Shown: in pieces, positions 1 to 10,703 of the stretch
Layout: each line of letters starts with the position of its first letter
Position numbering within the stretch: the stretch's first letter is position 1
Assembly (NCBI GenBank): GCA_964446315.1
Contig: CAYUNY010000001.1
Span: 1-29,565, forward strand
Length of the DNA: 29,565 nucleotides
Reading direction: 5' to 3'
Origin: an uncultured Candidatus Saccharibacteria bacterium
Lineage (GTDB): Bacteria; Patescibacteriota; Saccharimonadia; Saccharimonadales; UBA4665
Made by a program: the position numbers and the translations under genes
Notes under the pieces: generated by a model
Told to the model about the DNA's origin: nothing
The model's database searches: none
What the model saw: the letters and a program-made list of their open reading frames with translations, nothing else

Positions 1-2
1 GC

Positions 3-1499
3 GACCGGCTCAAATCTGCCGGTTACGAATTCCATTCCCAGACCGACACCGAGGTTATTCCCAACCTTATCGACTACTACCGCCAGCAATTGCCCTCGCT
101 GGAAGACGCCTTCAAGGCCGCCCTGAACGACGTCCGTGGCGCCTACTCCATCGCCGCCGTGGCCACCGAAGACCCCGACACCATCTACGCCGCCCGCCTG
201 TCCAGCCCGCTGGTCATCGGCGTCGGTAATAACGAACACATACTGGCCTCCGACCCCTCGGCCATCATGGAACACACCAAAAAAGTCATTTACCTGGAAG
301 ATTACGACCTGGCGATTATCAAAAAAGACGGCGTCACCATCCACAACCTCAAAGACGGCAAGCAGGTGGTGCCCAAAACCGAACTGCTCGACTTCGAAAA
401 TGAACAGGCCTTGCTTGGTGAATACCCGAACTTTATGCTCAAAGAGATTTTCGAAGCCCCCGCCACCATCCGCTCGGCCAGCCTGGGCCGCGCCCTGGCC
501 GATCGCGACCTGGTCAAGCTCGGCGGCCTGGAAAGCGTCCTGCGACAGCTGGAACACATCGACCGCGTCGTCATCGTGGCCTGCGGCACCAGCTACTACG
601 CCGGCTTGGTCGGCGAGTATCTTATAGAAGAGTTGGCCGGCATTCCGGTCGAGGTTCACCTGGCCAGCGAGTTCAAATACCGCGACGAGCCGTTTTCGCG
701 CAGTACCGTGCTATTGGCCATTTCACAGTCCGGTGAAACCGCCGACACCATCGCCGCCCTCAAGAAAATGGAAGATTTCGGCGTCCTGCGCCTTGGTATC
801 GTCAACGCCGTCGGCAGTACCATTGCCCGCATGACCGACGCCGGCGTTTACTGCCACGCCGGGCCGGAGCGGGCCGTGGCCAGCACCAAGGCCTTTATCG
901 CCCAGGTGACCGTCCTCAGCCTGATCGCCTTGCACCTCAGCGGCGGCAAAACCAAACGCTTCAAACCTCTTCTTAAAGAGCTCGACGCCCTGCCGGCCAA
1001 GGCCCAGGCGGTACTCGACCAGGCCGATGAGATCAAGAAAATGGCCGAAAAATACGCCGACTACCGCGACTTCCTCTTCATCGGCCGCCACAACGCCTAT
1101 CCATCGGCCATGGAAGGCGCGCTCAAACTCAAAGAAATCTCCTACCTGCACGCCGAGGGTTACGCCGCCGGCGAAATGAAGCACGGACCGCTGGCCATGA
1201 TCGACGAAAACTTCCCGACCTTCGCCATGGCTACCGACTCGCCACTACTCGAAAAAACCTACAGCAATATCCAGGAAATCCGCGCTCGTAAAGGCCCCGT
1301 CATCGCCATCGCTACCGAAGGCAACAAAGAAATCAAAGACCTCGTGGACGACGTTATTTATATCCCGAACACACTCGAAGAAATGCAGCCGTTACTGCAA
1401 ACCGTCGCTACCCAACTATTCGCATATTACATTGCCATGCACCGCGGCCACGACGTCGATCACCCGCGCAACCTGGCCAAGTCAGTTACTGTCGAGTAA
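3..1499 (+). CDS. glmS: Glutamine--fructose-6-phosphate aminotransferase (isomerizing), 5'-truncated by the window edge
   Basis: The frame is open upstream of the listed ORF start (DRLKSAGYEFHSQTDTEVIPNL from nt 3). It carries the GlmS SIS motifs ACGTSYYA, SQSGETADT, VASTKAF, EGALKLKEISY, GEMKHGP and the invariant C-terminus PRNLAKSVTVE. Confidence 0.98.
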   Translation, partial: DRLKSAGYEFHSQTDTEVIPNLIDYYRQQLPSLEDAFKAALNDVRGAYSIAAVATEDPDTIYAARLSSPLVIGVGNNEHILASDPSAIMEHTKKVIYLEDYDLAIIKKDGVTIHNLKDGKQVVPKTELLDFENEQALLGEYPNFMLKEIFEAPATIRSASLGRALADRDLVKLGGLESVLRQLEHIDRVVIVACGTSYYAGLVGEYLIEELAGIPVEVHLASEFKYRDEPFSRSTVLLAISQSGETADTIAALKKMEDFGVLRLGIVNAVGSTIARMTDAGVYCHAGPERAVASTKAFIAQVTVLSLIALHLSGGKTKRFKPLLKELDALPAKAQAVLDQADEIKKMAEKYADYRDFLFIGRHNAYPSAMEGALKLKEISYLHAEGYAAGEMKHGPLAMIDENFPTFAMATDSPLLEKTYSNIQEIRARKGPVIAIATEGNKEIKDLVDDVIYIPNTLEEMQPLLQTVATQLFAYYIAMHRGHDVDHPRNLAKSVTVE

Positions 1500-1501
1500 A
1501 G

Positions 1502-2275
1502 CTAGACGACGTGAACCATGGCTTCGACAGCGGCAGCTGTTTCGCGCCAGTGTGAGATTTCGAGACTGTCGATACCAAAAGCTTTGACGGGGTAGTCGTT
1601 ACCACCCTCTTGAAGGCGGTCGCCGATAAACAAAATGTCTTCTTTGGAGATATTGAGTAGTTCCATGAGTTTCTTCATTCCGTAGGCCTTGTCGATACCC
1701 TGCTTGGTAACGTCAATGGAAGTAATGCCGCCGACGCGGACCTCAAACTCGGGTATCAAGGGTGCTATGTAGTCCCGCAGTTCGTTTTTCATTTTGTTGT
1801 CGGGGTCCCAGGCCTCTTTTTGGCGGACACCTTCTTTACCGAGCACATCGACGATGTCCTGTCCGAGCACCGAGAAAGTCACCTGGCTACCACGATCTTC
1901 AACGGTTTCGCCGTAAACCTTATCCGCCCGGTACCCCAAATCATCAAAACCCTTGTTCAGGGCATCCGTAATTTTCTTTTTCTCGCCTTCGTTAAAATCT
2001 TCGGCGTAAACCTTCTGCCAATCCTGCTTGGCCGGATCGTAAGTGTAGTAGCGGGTACCGCAGGTAGGCATAAGGTGCAGTTTTTTCAGCTTTTCACCGT
2101 CGGCCTTAAGATTACTCAATAGTTGTTTCTGGAACTGTTCGAACTTGCCACCAGAAATCACGCAAACCTGGAACTTATCCAGTAGGTCGTTAAGGGCCTC
2201 CGACATCCGGTCTTCGACCGGCGATTTGCTATCGGCCAGCGTGCCGTCCAGGTCAAAGGCAATCAGTTTTTTCAT
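1502..2275 (-). CDS. HAD-superfamily IIB hydrolase/mutase, eukaryote-type phosphomannomutase-like
   Basis: Motif I FDLDGTL, motif II VISGG, EDRGSQVTFS, GGITSIDVT, and FIGDRLQEGGNDYPV, which resembles the PMM F-G-D-x4-GGND motif. Its start overlaps the manC stop by 4 nt. Confidence 0.8.
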   Translation of the reverse strand: MKKLIAFDLDGTLADSKSPVEDRMSEALNDLLDKFQVCVISGGKFEQFQKQLLSNLKADGEKLKKLHLMPTCGTRYYTYDPAKQDWQKVYAEDFNEGEKKKITDALNKGFDDLGYRADKVYGETVEDRGSQVTFSVLGQDIVDVLGKEGVRQKEAWDPDNKMKNELRDYIAPLIPEFEVRVGGITSIDVTKQGIDKAYGMKKLMELLNISKEDILFIGDRLQEGGNDYPVKAFGIDSLEISHWRETAAAVEAMVHVV

Positions 2276-3309
2276 TGCTTCCCCCCAATGCGCTTGCTGA
2301 CGTCACCGACTTTCTGTGCCAGGTCTTTACGCGTAATCACCAGGCCTTGCGGCGTGTTTACGACCGCTATATTATCCAGGCCAATCACCGCAACAGGTTT
2401 GTCTTCCAGGTTTTGGACGTAAGAATTGCGCACTGACTCCAGCTCGACCCTGCCCGAAACGTGGTTGCCCTGCTCGTCGCCACCAACGGCTTTGTGCAGG
2501 TCGCTGTATGAGCCCAGGTCCATCCAGTCGAACGATGCCGGCACCACCAGCAGGTCCTTAACTTTCTCGATCAGCGCGTAGTCGATGGCGTCGGGCTCAA
2601 GGCTCAGATAAACGTCCTTGTAGTCCGCATCGGAGGCGCCGACCAGCTTTTCGTAGGTTGCGGCCAGGTCGGGCGCATAAGCTTTCATTTTTTGCTTGAA
2701 TGTATCAACCGAGCCCACAAAGTAGCCGCCGTTCCATAAATAGTTGCCGCTGGACAGGTATTCCTTGGCGACTTTGAATTCCGGCTTTTCTTTGAAGCTC
2801 TTCACGCCGTAGACAATGTTGCTCTCATCAAACAGGTCATCCTTTTGAATATAGCCAAAGCCGGTTTCCGGGCGGTCCGGTTCAATCCCCACCAGCACGA
2901 TGCGGCCGTTGGCTTTGGAGACCTCGGTGGCAACATTGAAGCTCTGAATGAAACCCTGGGTGTCGCGGATGTAGTGGTCGGCGTGCATGAAGGCCACCGG
3001 TTCGTCATTGTCGTGTTGCTTGCCGATATATGCCAGGGCGGCCACGATGCAGTTGGCGGTGCCGCGTCGGGCCGGCTCCACAATAAAACCTGTTTCGGGC
3101 AGTTCGGGTAGTTGTTCCCGAACATGCTCTATGTGACTGCTGTCGGAAACAACATAGATTTTGTCGGTCAGTTTTTTGGCACGATCAAAAGTATGCTGTA
3201 ACAGCGACCGGTCGTCGCCGTTAATTTTCAGCAGGTGTTTTGGGTAATCAGGAGTCGAGAGCGGCCAAAGGCGTGTTCCCGAACCGCCCGCTATAATCAC
3301 GATTATCAT
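2272..3309 (-). CDS. manC: Mannose-1-phosphate guanylyltransferase (no C-terminal PMI/cupin domain)
   Basis: [55 protein letters not shown] and WMDLGS, followed by a C-terminal beta-helix-like segment; 345 aa. Confidence 0.93.
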   Translation of the reverse strand: MIIVIIAGGSGTRLWPLSTPDYPKHLLKINGDDRSLLQHTFDRAKKLTDKIYVVSDSSHIEHVREQLPELPETGFIVEPARRGTANCIVAALAYIGKQHDNDEPVAFMHADHYIRDTQGFIQSFNVATEVSKANGRIVLVGIEPDRPETGFGYIQKDDLFDESNIVYGVKSFKEKPEFKVAKEYLSSGNYLWNGGYFVGSVDTFKQKMKAYAPDLAATYEKLVGASDADYKDVYLSLEPDAIDYALIEKVKDLLVVPASFDWMDLGSYSDLHKAVGGDEQGNHVSGRVELESVRNSYVQNLEDKPVAVIGLDNIAVVNTPQGLVITRKDLAQKVGDVSKRIGGKQ

Positions 3310-4374
<1,065 letters not shown>

Positions 4375-4375
<1 letters not shown>

Positions 4376-4926
4376 TGGCAAACGAACTGGCAGTGCGCGA
4401 AACCGAGATACCCGGCATGTTCGTCATTGACCTGGTACTGCACGGCGACCAGCGCGGTTGGTTCAAGGAAAATTACCAGCAAGCAAAAATGGAAGAGCTG
4501 GGCCTGCCGCATTTCGAGCCGGTGCAGAACAACTTTTCATACAACGCCGAGCGCGGCGTCACCCGCGGCATGCACGCCGAGCCCTGGGAAAAATTTATTT
4601 CGCTGGCCAACGGCAAGGTTTTTGGCGCCTGGATCGACTTGCGCAAGGGCGACAGCTTTGGCAAGGTATTCACCATGGAAATCACGCCAGAAGTAGCCAT
4701 TTTCGTGCCCCGCGGCGTGGCCAACGGCTACCAAACGCTAGAAGAAAACATTACCTACACCTACCTGGTTAACGACCACTGGTCGCCGGATGGTAATTAC
4801 GCCTCGGCCCACATGTTTGATCCCCAGTCAGCGATCCCCTGGCCTATCCCCGAATCGGAGGCTATAATCTCTGAAAAGGATACCAAGAATCCACTGCTTA
4901 AAGATGTACCGCCGATGGAGTTTTAA
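4375..4926 (+). CDS. rmlC: dTDP-4-dehydrorhamnose 3,5-epimerase
   Basis: HGDQRGWFKE, QNNFS, GVTRGMHAEPW, DLRKG, VPRGVANGYQTL. TGATG overlap with rmlB. Confidence 0.95.
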
Positions 4927-5780
4927 TGAACGATTCTGAGATTTTTATTGTCGGCGCTAATGGCCAGCTGGGTACGGCGCTCAAAGCCAAGTACCCCGGC
5001 GCCCAAAGTGCCGATATCGACGAAATGGACATTACCAAGGCCGAGTCGGTGACCAATTTTGATTGGAGCGGTATTAAATACATCCTAAACGCCGCCGCTT
5101 TCACCAACGTTGACGGCGCCGAAACGGCCGAGGGCCGCGTGGCCGCCTGGAATGTTAACTCCGCCGCCGTAGCCAACCTGGTGCGCGCCGCCACGGCCCA
5201 CGATATAACAATGGTCCATATTTCTACCGACTACGTCTTTGACGGCACCAAAGCACCGCATAGCGAAGACGAACTATTCAGCCCGCTCAGCGTTTATGGC
5301 CAGAGCAAGGCCGCCGGCGACCTGGTAATCAGCCTGCTGCCAAAACACTATGTTCTACGCACCAGCTGGGTTATCGGCGAGGGCCCGAACTTTGTACGTA
5401 CCATGTTGGGACTGGGCCAGAAGGGCGTCGCGCCCACCGTGGTAGCCGACCAAGTCGGCCGCTTGACCTTCACCGACGAGCTGGTTAAAGCTATTGATCA
5501 TCTGCTAGCCAAACAGGCGCCTTATGGCACCTACAACGTCAGCAACGGCGGCGAACCGGCCAGCTGGGCCGACATTACCCGCCAAATTTTTAAAGACGCC
5601 GGTTTCGACCTAACCGTCACCGACACCACGACCGCCGAGTACTACGCCGGCAAAGACGGCATCGCCCCCCGCCCCTTGCAAAGCAGTTTCGACCTGTCTA
5701 AAATCCAGGCCACAGGCTTTACGCCAACCGACTGGCAAGAAAACTTAGCGTCTTACGTTAAAAAGGAGTTGGCAATATGA
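4926..5780 (+). CDS. rmlD: dTDP-4-dehydrorhamnose reductase
   Basis: [60 protein letters not shown] overlap with rmlC. Confidence 0.95.
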   Translation: MNDSEIFIVGANGQLGTALKAKYPGAQSADIDEMDITKAESVTNFDWSGIKYILNAAAFTNVDGAETAEGRVAAWNVNSAAVANLVRAATAHDITMVHISTDYVFDGTKAPHSEDELFSPLSVYGQSKAAGDLVISLLPKHYVLRTSWVIGEGPNFVRTMLGLGQKGVAPTVVADQVGRLTFTDELVKAIDHLLAKQAPYGTYNVSNGGEPASWADITRQIFKDAGFDLTVTDTTTAEYYAGKDGIAPRPLQSSFDLSKIQATGFTPTDWQENLASYVKKELAI

Positions 5781-6637
5781 AAGGTATTATTTTAGCCGGC
5801 GGTTCCGGCACCCGTCTCTACCCTATCACTAAGGGCATCAGTAAGCAGATTATGCCCATCTATGACAAGCCGATGGTTTACTACCCGCTCAGCGTGCTCA
5901 TGCTGGCCGGCATCCGCGACATCCTGGTTATTACCACGCCCGACGACCAGCCGCAGTTCCAGCGCCTACTGGGCGACGGCTCCGACATAGGCATAAAGCT
6001 GACTTACGCCGCACAGCCGGAACCGGGCGGCTTGGCGCAAGCCTTTATTATCGGCGAGGAATTTATCGGCGGCGATAAGGTAGCCCTGGTTCTGGGCGAT
6101 AATATTTTCTACGGCGAGTCGTTTGGCTACAGCTTGAAGGAATGCGTCGATCCCGACGGCGGCATAGTCTTCGCCTACAAAGTTTCCGATCCGGAACGCT
6201 ACGGCGTTGTTGAATTCGACGATCAGCACCAGGCCGTTTCCATAGAAGAAAAACCGGCCCATCCCAAATCCAATTACGCCGTAGTCGGCCTCTATTTTTA
6301 CGATAACGAGGTGGTCGAAATCTCCAAAAATCTCAAGCCCTCGGAGCGCGGCGAGCTGGAAATCACCAGCGTCAACGAAGAGTACTTAAAGCGCGGCAAG
6401 CTTAAGGTGCAGACCATGCACCGCGGCTCGGCCTGGCTCGACACCGGTACTTTCGAATCAATGACCGACGCCAGCGAGTACATCCGGGTGATCGAAAAGC
6501 GCACCGGCTTAAAGATAGGTTGCATCGAAGAGATCGCCTGGCGCCAGGGCTTCATTAACGACGAACAGCTCAAAAAGATCGCCGAACCGCTGGTTAAATC
6601 CGGCTACGGTAAATACATTCTGTCGCTGACCAAGTAG
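5777..6637 (+). CDS. rmlA: Glucose-1-phosphate thymidylyltransferase
   Basis: [64 protein letters not shown] overlap with rmlD. Confidence 0.98.
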   Translation: MKGIILAGGSGTRLYPITKGISKQIMPIYDKPMVYYPLSVLMLAGIRDILVITTPDDQPQFQRLLGDGSDIGIKLTYAAQPEPGGLAQAFIIGEEFIGGDKVALVLGDNIFYGESFGYSLKECVDPDGGIVFAYKVSDPERYGVVEFDDQHQAVSIEEKPAHPKSNYAVVGLYFYDNEVVEISKNLKPSERGELEITSVNEEYLKRGKLKVQTMHRGSAWLDTGTFESMTDASEYIRVIEKRTGLKIGCIEEIAWRQGFINDEQLKKIAEPLVKSGYGKYILSLTK

Positions 6638-6699
6638 CCTCGCTTATATATTAGCCGACGATACTATATTAATAGTGAAGGTACTTAATTACGCTACTG

Positions 6700-6705
6700 T
6701 ATACT
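6700..6705 (+). promoter_or_regulatory. -10 box (TATACT) for the membrane-protein pair
   Basis: TATACT lies 7 nt before the ATG at 6713, in an AT-rich 75-bp spacer. Confidence 0.5.
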
Positions 6706-6712
6706 TTAAATA

Positions 6713-8071
6713 ATGACCTCAAAACGCAGTGGTTCTGCAGGAGCCGATTTTAGCGTCAAAATTGCTAAGCTGTTCCCTAAACAAAGCTACGATAAGGTGG
6801 TTGGATTCTTAATTTCATCTAAAAATTATAGATTCTTTAATGTTGTCTTGCTTTTACTTATCGCCGGCTTTTATGTTCTTAGGGCCCACCAATATTTACT
6901 CCGCCCCCAATTATATGCCGAGGATGGTACCCTTTGGCTGGCCGGCGCATATAATCAAGGGGTAGGCTCTGCCTTCCAGGCGTATCACGGGCTATCGCAT
7001 TTATTTGATCGGCTGTTCGGCCTGGTATCGATTCACCTTGTACCATTTCAGTACGAACCATTGTTATACGTTGTATCTGCCCTACTGATTTTTCTTCTTA
7101 TGAGCTACTACCTGCTGTCCGAAAGAAGCGGTATATTAACTACCAACTATCAAAAGTTGTTTTTCGCACTTTCATTGTGCTTGCTGGGCAATGCCGAGGA
7201 GTTCTATTTTAGCTTTTCCAATTCAGCGTTTTTGCTCGGCATTGTTGGACTCTTGATTTTGGTAATAAATAAGTCTCGCCACAAAACCGTCAACACATTA
7301 GAAAAAATTCTATTTTTCATACTTTGTTTTACGAATGTTTTTGCCTGGATATACATTATTATCTTAGCCTTTGAATATATCTGGAAGCGCCGTCGAAGAT
7401 ACTATTACATAGCCTGCGCTCTTACAGGCTCTATCACGCAGTTATTGATTCATATGCACCAGACGGCAGGCCAGAGACCAGATATTCCAACGCGTTACAT
7501 AGCGTCAAAAGCCACTCTGTTTGAATTCTATAATCAGATTATTATGCCTTCTTTACGGTTCGGGCGACAAGATATAAACCCGTTAATCCGTACCAAGGCT
7601 GATCTGGTTTTTGTTTGCCTGGCCCTACTTTTGAGCGGTAGCATTGTGGCATTTATATTCGTAAAATCTAATTATAGAACGAGGTGCCTGCTCTTTTTCT
7701 GTCTCATGATGACCCTAATCAGTCTCAAAAGCCCTATTAATGACCAGACTGCCCCAGCGGCGATTGTTATAGCTATGGCTACGTATCACTGGGGTAATAG
7801 GTACTTTATTTTCGGAATTCTCGGCATGTTTGTTGTTTGGGCAAAATTCAGCCAACGATTATTCAAGAAACAGCATCTCCCGGCCTTTTTGCTAGTCTTC
7901 TTTTCTTTCGGTTTGTTTTCTTCAATGACCCTCGGCTCGTTTAATATACAAAAATACTTCACTGATTTGAGTAAACAATATTCCCAGGGAGCGGCACAGC
8001 TCAAGCAGCCCAAGCACAAGAGGGTAGTTATACCCATTAATCCTACCGGTTGGTATATAGATATCCGATGA
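6713..8071 (+). CDS. Polytopic membrane protein, putative GT-C-fold glycosyltransferase (paralog A)
   Basis: About 10 hydrophobic segments. An acidic PQLYAEDG motif follows the first TM helix, with GNRYF later and a C-terminal IPINPTGW. Lies near gtrA and a Dpm1-like GT2. Confidence 0.6.
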   Translation: MTSKRSGSAGADFSVKIAKLFPKQSYDKVVGFLISSKNYRFFNVVLLLLIAGFYVLRAHQYLLRPQLYAEDGTLWLAGAYNQGVGSAFQAYHGLSHLFDRLFGLVSIHLVPFQYEPLLYVVSALLIFLLMSYYLLSERSGILTTNYQKLFFALSLCLLGNAEEFYFSFSNSAFLLGIVGLLILVINKSRHKTVNTLEKILFFILCFTNVFAWIYIIILAFEYIWKRRRRYYYIACALTGSITQLLIHMHQTAGQRPDIPTRYIASKATLFEFYNQIIMPSLRFGRQDINPLIRTKADLVFVCLALLLSGSIVAFIFVKSNYRTRCLLFFCLMMTLISLKSPINDQTAPAAIVIAMATYHWGNRYFIFGILGMFVVWAKFSQRLFKKQHLPAFLLVFFSFGLFSSMTLGSFNIQKYFTDLSKQYSQGAAQLKQPKHKRVVIPINPTGWYIDIR

Positions 8072-9351
8072 AATTCTACGCGAAAATAAATAAGTTCTTA
8101 GCTTCGTCTAAACAGTCGAGATTATTTAACAGTGGCTTGATTCTACTAATAGCTTCATCTTATATTATTAGAGCCTACCCGTATATTTTGCATCCTCAAC
8201 TTTTTGCAGAAGATGGCGATGTTTGGTTATCGGTTGCTTACAATCTCGGGCTTAAGTCTATATATCAGGTATACAATCAATTTTTGCAATTATTTGAGTG
8301 GCTGTTCAGTCTGTTTGCGGTTCATTTTGTTCCGCTACAAATCGTACCGCTCTTTTTCGTAGTGTCGGCCTTATTGATGTTTTTGTTGTTGTGTTACTAC
8401 CTCTTTTCTCAAAGAAGTGGCGTACTTAATACTAACTACCAAAAATTATATGTTGCCCTGTCGCTTTGCTTACTGGCGAATGCCGGGGAGCTTTTCTTTA
8501 ATTTTTCGAACGCAGTTTTCTATCTTGGACTAGTCGGGCTTTTTATCATCATTGTTAATAAATCAAAAAACAAATACGTTAACCTCCTGGAAAGAATCTT
8601 ATTTTTTGTACTCTGCTTTACGTCAGTTTTTCCGTTTGTGTATCTGGTTATTTTGCTCATTGAGTTGCTGTGGTATCGCAGGAAGAGGTATTACTACCTG
8701 GCATGTGCTGTTGCAGGATCAGTTGCTCAATTTATAGCTTTCATCTCTTATCCGTTGCAAAGACATAATATTCCTCTGCACGAAATCGCTTCAAGAACCA
8801 CGGGCGTAGAACTATACAATCAGATTATTAATCCTTCTTTGCGCTTTGGACGGCTCGATATAAATCCCCTGACAAGTACTCTATCCAGCATTAATTTCGC
8901 ATTTATTGCTGTCGTCCTGGTCGGAATAATAAGTCTGGCTATTTTTTACAAGTCCAATTATAAGACAAAGTACCTATTGCTCTTTTGTTTACTTATGACT
9001 TTGATAAGCCTGAGAGGCCCTGCCGATATAGAGAGTGTGGCAGTTATGGCAACCTCTCTTTCAGGAAATAGGTATTTTATCTATGGAATAATCGGGATGT
9101 TCGTCGTCTGGGCAAAGTTCAGCCAAACACTCTTTAAAAAAGATCATCTGGCTGGATTTCTACTAATCTTTTTTGCCTTCGCCACCATTTCATCCATTCG
9201 GCTTGGCTCGTTTCTCATACAAAAGGGCTGGATGGACCTTACAAAGGAGTACTCGACGGGGATCACCGAGTTTGATCATAATAGAGACCGAGGCATAAAG
9301 ATACCGGTAAACCCCCCGGGTTGGTACATCGTTTTCTTGCCTAAGAAGTAG
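8068..9351 (+). CDS. Polytopic membrane protein, putative GT-C-fold glycosyltransferase (paralog B)
   Basis: Colinear with paralog A (PQLFAEDG, TNYQKLYVALSLCLL, GNRYFIYGIIGMFVVWAKFSQ, IPVNPPGW). Start moved to ATG 8068 because of the ATGA overlap with the paralog A stop. Confidence 0.6.
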   Translation: MKFYAKINKFLASSKQSRLFNSGLILLIASSYIIRAYPYILHPQLFAEDGDVWLSVAYNLGLKSIYQVYNQFLQLFEWLFSLFAVHFVPLQIVPLFFVVSALLMFLLLCYYLFSQRSGVLNTNYQKLYVALSLCLLANAGELFFNFSNAVFYLGLVGLFIIIVNKSKNKYVNLLERILFFVLCFTSVFPFVYLVILLIELLWYRRKRYYYLACAVAGSVAQFIAFISYPLQRHNIPLHEIASRTTGVELYNQIINPSLRFGRLDINPLTSTLSSINFAFIAVVLVGIISLAIFYKSNYKTKYLLLFCLLMTLISLRGPADIESVAVMATSLSGNRYFIYGIIGMFVVWAKFSQTLFKKDHLAGFLLIFFAFATISSIRLGSFLIQKGWMDLTKEYSTGITEFDHNRDRGIKIPVNPPGWYIVFLPKK

Positions 9352-9361
9352 TCGCGTGGAC

Positions 9362-9916
9362 TTAAGCTATTACTAGCTCTTCTTCTTTGCTCTCTTCGGT
9401 TTCATGGCCACGAAATACCACGTACTTGTACAAGAGATAGTTCCAGGTCATGCCGATTAACACTGCTGTAAGTTTTGTGCCCAAAAGCTGAAGGGCTTTG
9501 AAGGTTATGGGGTGTCCAGCCGCCATAAAAGTACTGGTCTTATTAATAACCCATAGTTTGTCTGTTACTAAATATATGACGAGGTCTTGGATAAGAATAA
9601 CCCCCAGGCCGGTTACTAAAAAGAAGTGCGCATACTTTTTTAATGAATAGTCGCCATGGTGGCGAAACACAATTCGGTGATTGAGAAAGTATGAAACCGT
9701 TATGGCGATGCTGACCGATAAACTATTGGCTATAATTGGCGACCAGTTAAAAATTTTAACTATCGCGAACAGTAAACATATATCGAATGTGGTGTTAAAG
9801 CTACCGATCACTAGAAAACGAGTTATCCTACGTTCCCATAACTTTTTAACCAAATGCAACATACTGCTCTTTAAATACTTTCCTCTTTGGATGAATTTCT
9901 TGTTACTATTGTACAT
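9362..9916 (-). CDS. GtrA-family lipid-linked sugar translocase
   Basis: RFLVIGSFNT, ANSLS..VSYFLNHRIVF and WNYLLYKYVVF, with 4 TM segments. The start is uncertain (GTG 9931, ATG 9925, 9916 or 9862); 9916 has GATAAT 7 nt upstream. Confidence 0.85.
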   Translation of the reverse strand: MYNSNKKFIQRGKYLKSSMLHLVKKLWERRITRFLVIGSFNTTFDICLLFAIVKIFNWSPIIANSLSVSIAITVSYFLNHRIVFRHHGDYSLKKYAHFFLVTGLGVILIQDLVIYLVTDKLWVINKTSTFMAAGHPITFKALQLLGTKLTAVLIGMTWNYLLYKYVVFRGHETEESKEEELVIA

Positions 9917-9954
9917 GAAGACCATTATCACTTAATGCGCTGAAAGAATCGTTT

Positions 9955-10701
9955 GTGAAGAAAATTGCTATTGTTACTCCTACCTATAATGAAGCAAGCA
10001 ACATTAAGAAACTGATATTAGGTATTGAGAAGGCATGTAAGGGTCTTGGTGATTTATCATTCACCTTATTTGTTATCGACGACAGCTCGCCCGACGGCAC
10101 GGCGCGCGTCGCAAAAGAAGTTGCCAAAAAGATAAGTGCCAAGAACTTTAACGTGCGGGTACTGGTTCGCAAGACTAAAGAAGGCGTAGGCAAGGCCTAT
10201 GTTCACGGTTTTCATGAGGTGCTCAAGCAGGACTTTGATTTCCTTATACAAATAGATGCCGACCTGTCGCACAACCCAAAATATATTAAAGACCTTGTTG
10301 CCCAGGCGCGTTTGGGCAAGGATTTCGTATCAGCCTCCAGATACATCAAGGGCGGAGGGATTTCCGACTGGGGTCTACACCGAAAAATTCTGAGCCGCGG
10401 AGCTAATATCTACACAAGAACATTTTTAAGCGGCCGGATTACCGATTATACGAACGGCCTAAATATGTTTAGCACCGCTCTGTTAAGAGAAATCGATGTT
10501 GATACTCTCAGTTCAGCCGGCTATGGTTTCTTTATAGAACTTAAGTACAAAGCCCTGCAACATGCTAGGCATTATGCGCAAATACCGATCATTCTAACCG
10601 ATCGAAAACACGGCAAATCAAAGATGCCTAAAAATGCCATTGTCATAAATCTTTTACTGGTGCCGCGCTTGCGCCTGGTTGGCCAGAAGAAAACGAGTTA
10701 G
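9955..10701 (+). CDS. GT2 polyprenol-phosphate glycosyltransferase (Dpm1/Ppm1-like)
   Basis: VTPTYNEASNI, IDDSSPDGT, GVGKAYVHGF, IDADLSHNP, SASRYIKGG, DYTNG and the terminal DRKHGKSKM. GTG start; no C-terminal TM helices. Confidence 0.88.
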   Translation: MKKIAIVTPTYNEASNIKKLILGIEKACKGLGDLSFTLFVIDDSSPDGTARVAKEVAKKISAKNFNVRVLVRKTKEGVGKAYVHGFHEVLKQDFDFLIQIDADLSHNPKYIKDLVAQARLGKDFVSASRYIKGGGISDWGLHRKILSRGANIYTRTFLSGRITDYTNGLNMFSTALLREIDVDTLSSAGYGFFIELKYKALQHARHYAQIPIILTDRKHGKSKMPKNAIVINLLLVPRLRLVGQKKTS

Positions 10702-10703
10702 CG

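Noticed and set aside
1-90. glmS ribozyme
   Set aside because: The window starts inside the glmS coding sequence, so the leader is not visible.
136-1184. Alternative-frame and antisense ORFs over glmS (136-627, 302-589, 723-1184, 848-1036)
   Set aside because: They lie wholly within a well-supported GC-rich gene and have no recognisable motifs. They are typical shadow ORFs.
8050-8071. Listed start at 8050 for paralog B
   Set aside because: ATG 8068 gives a standard ATGA coupling with paralog A, so the 22-nt overlap is unnecessary.
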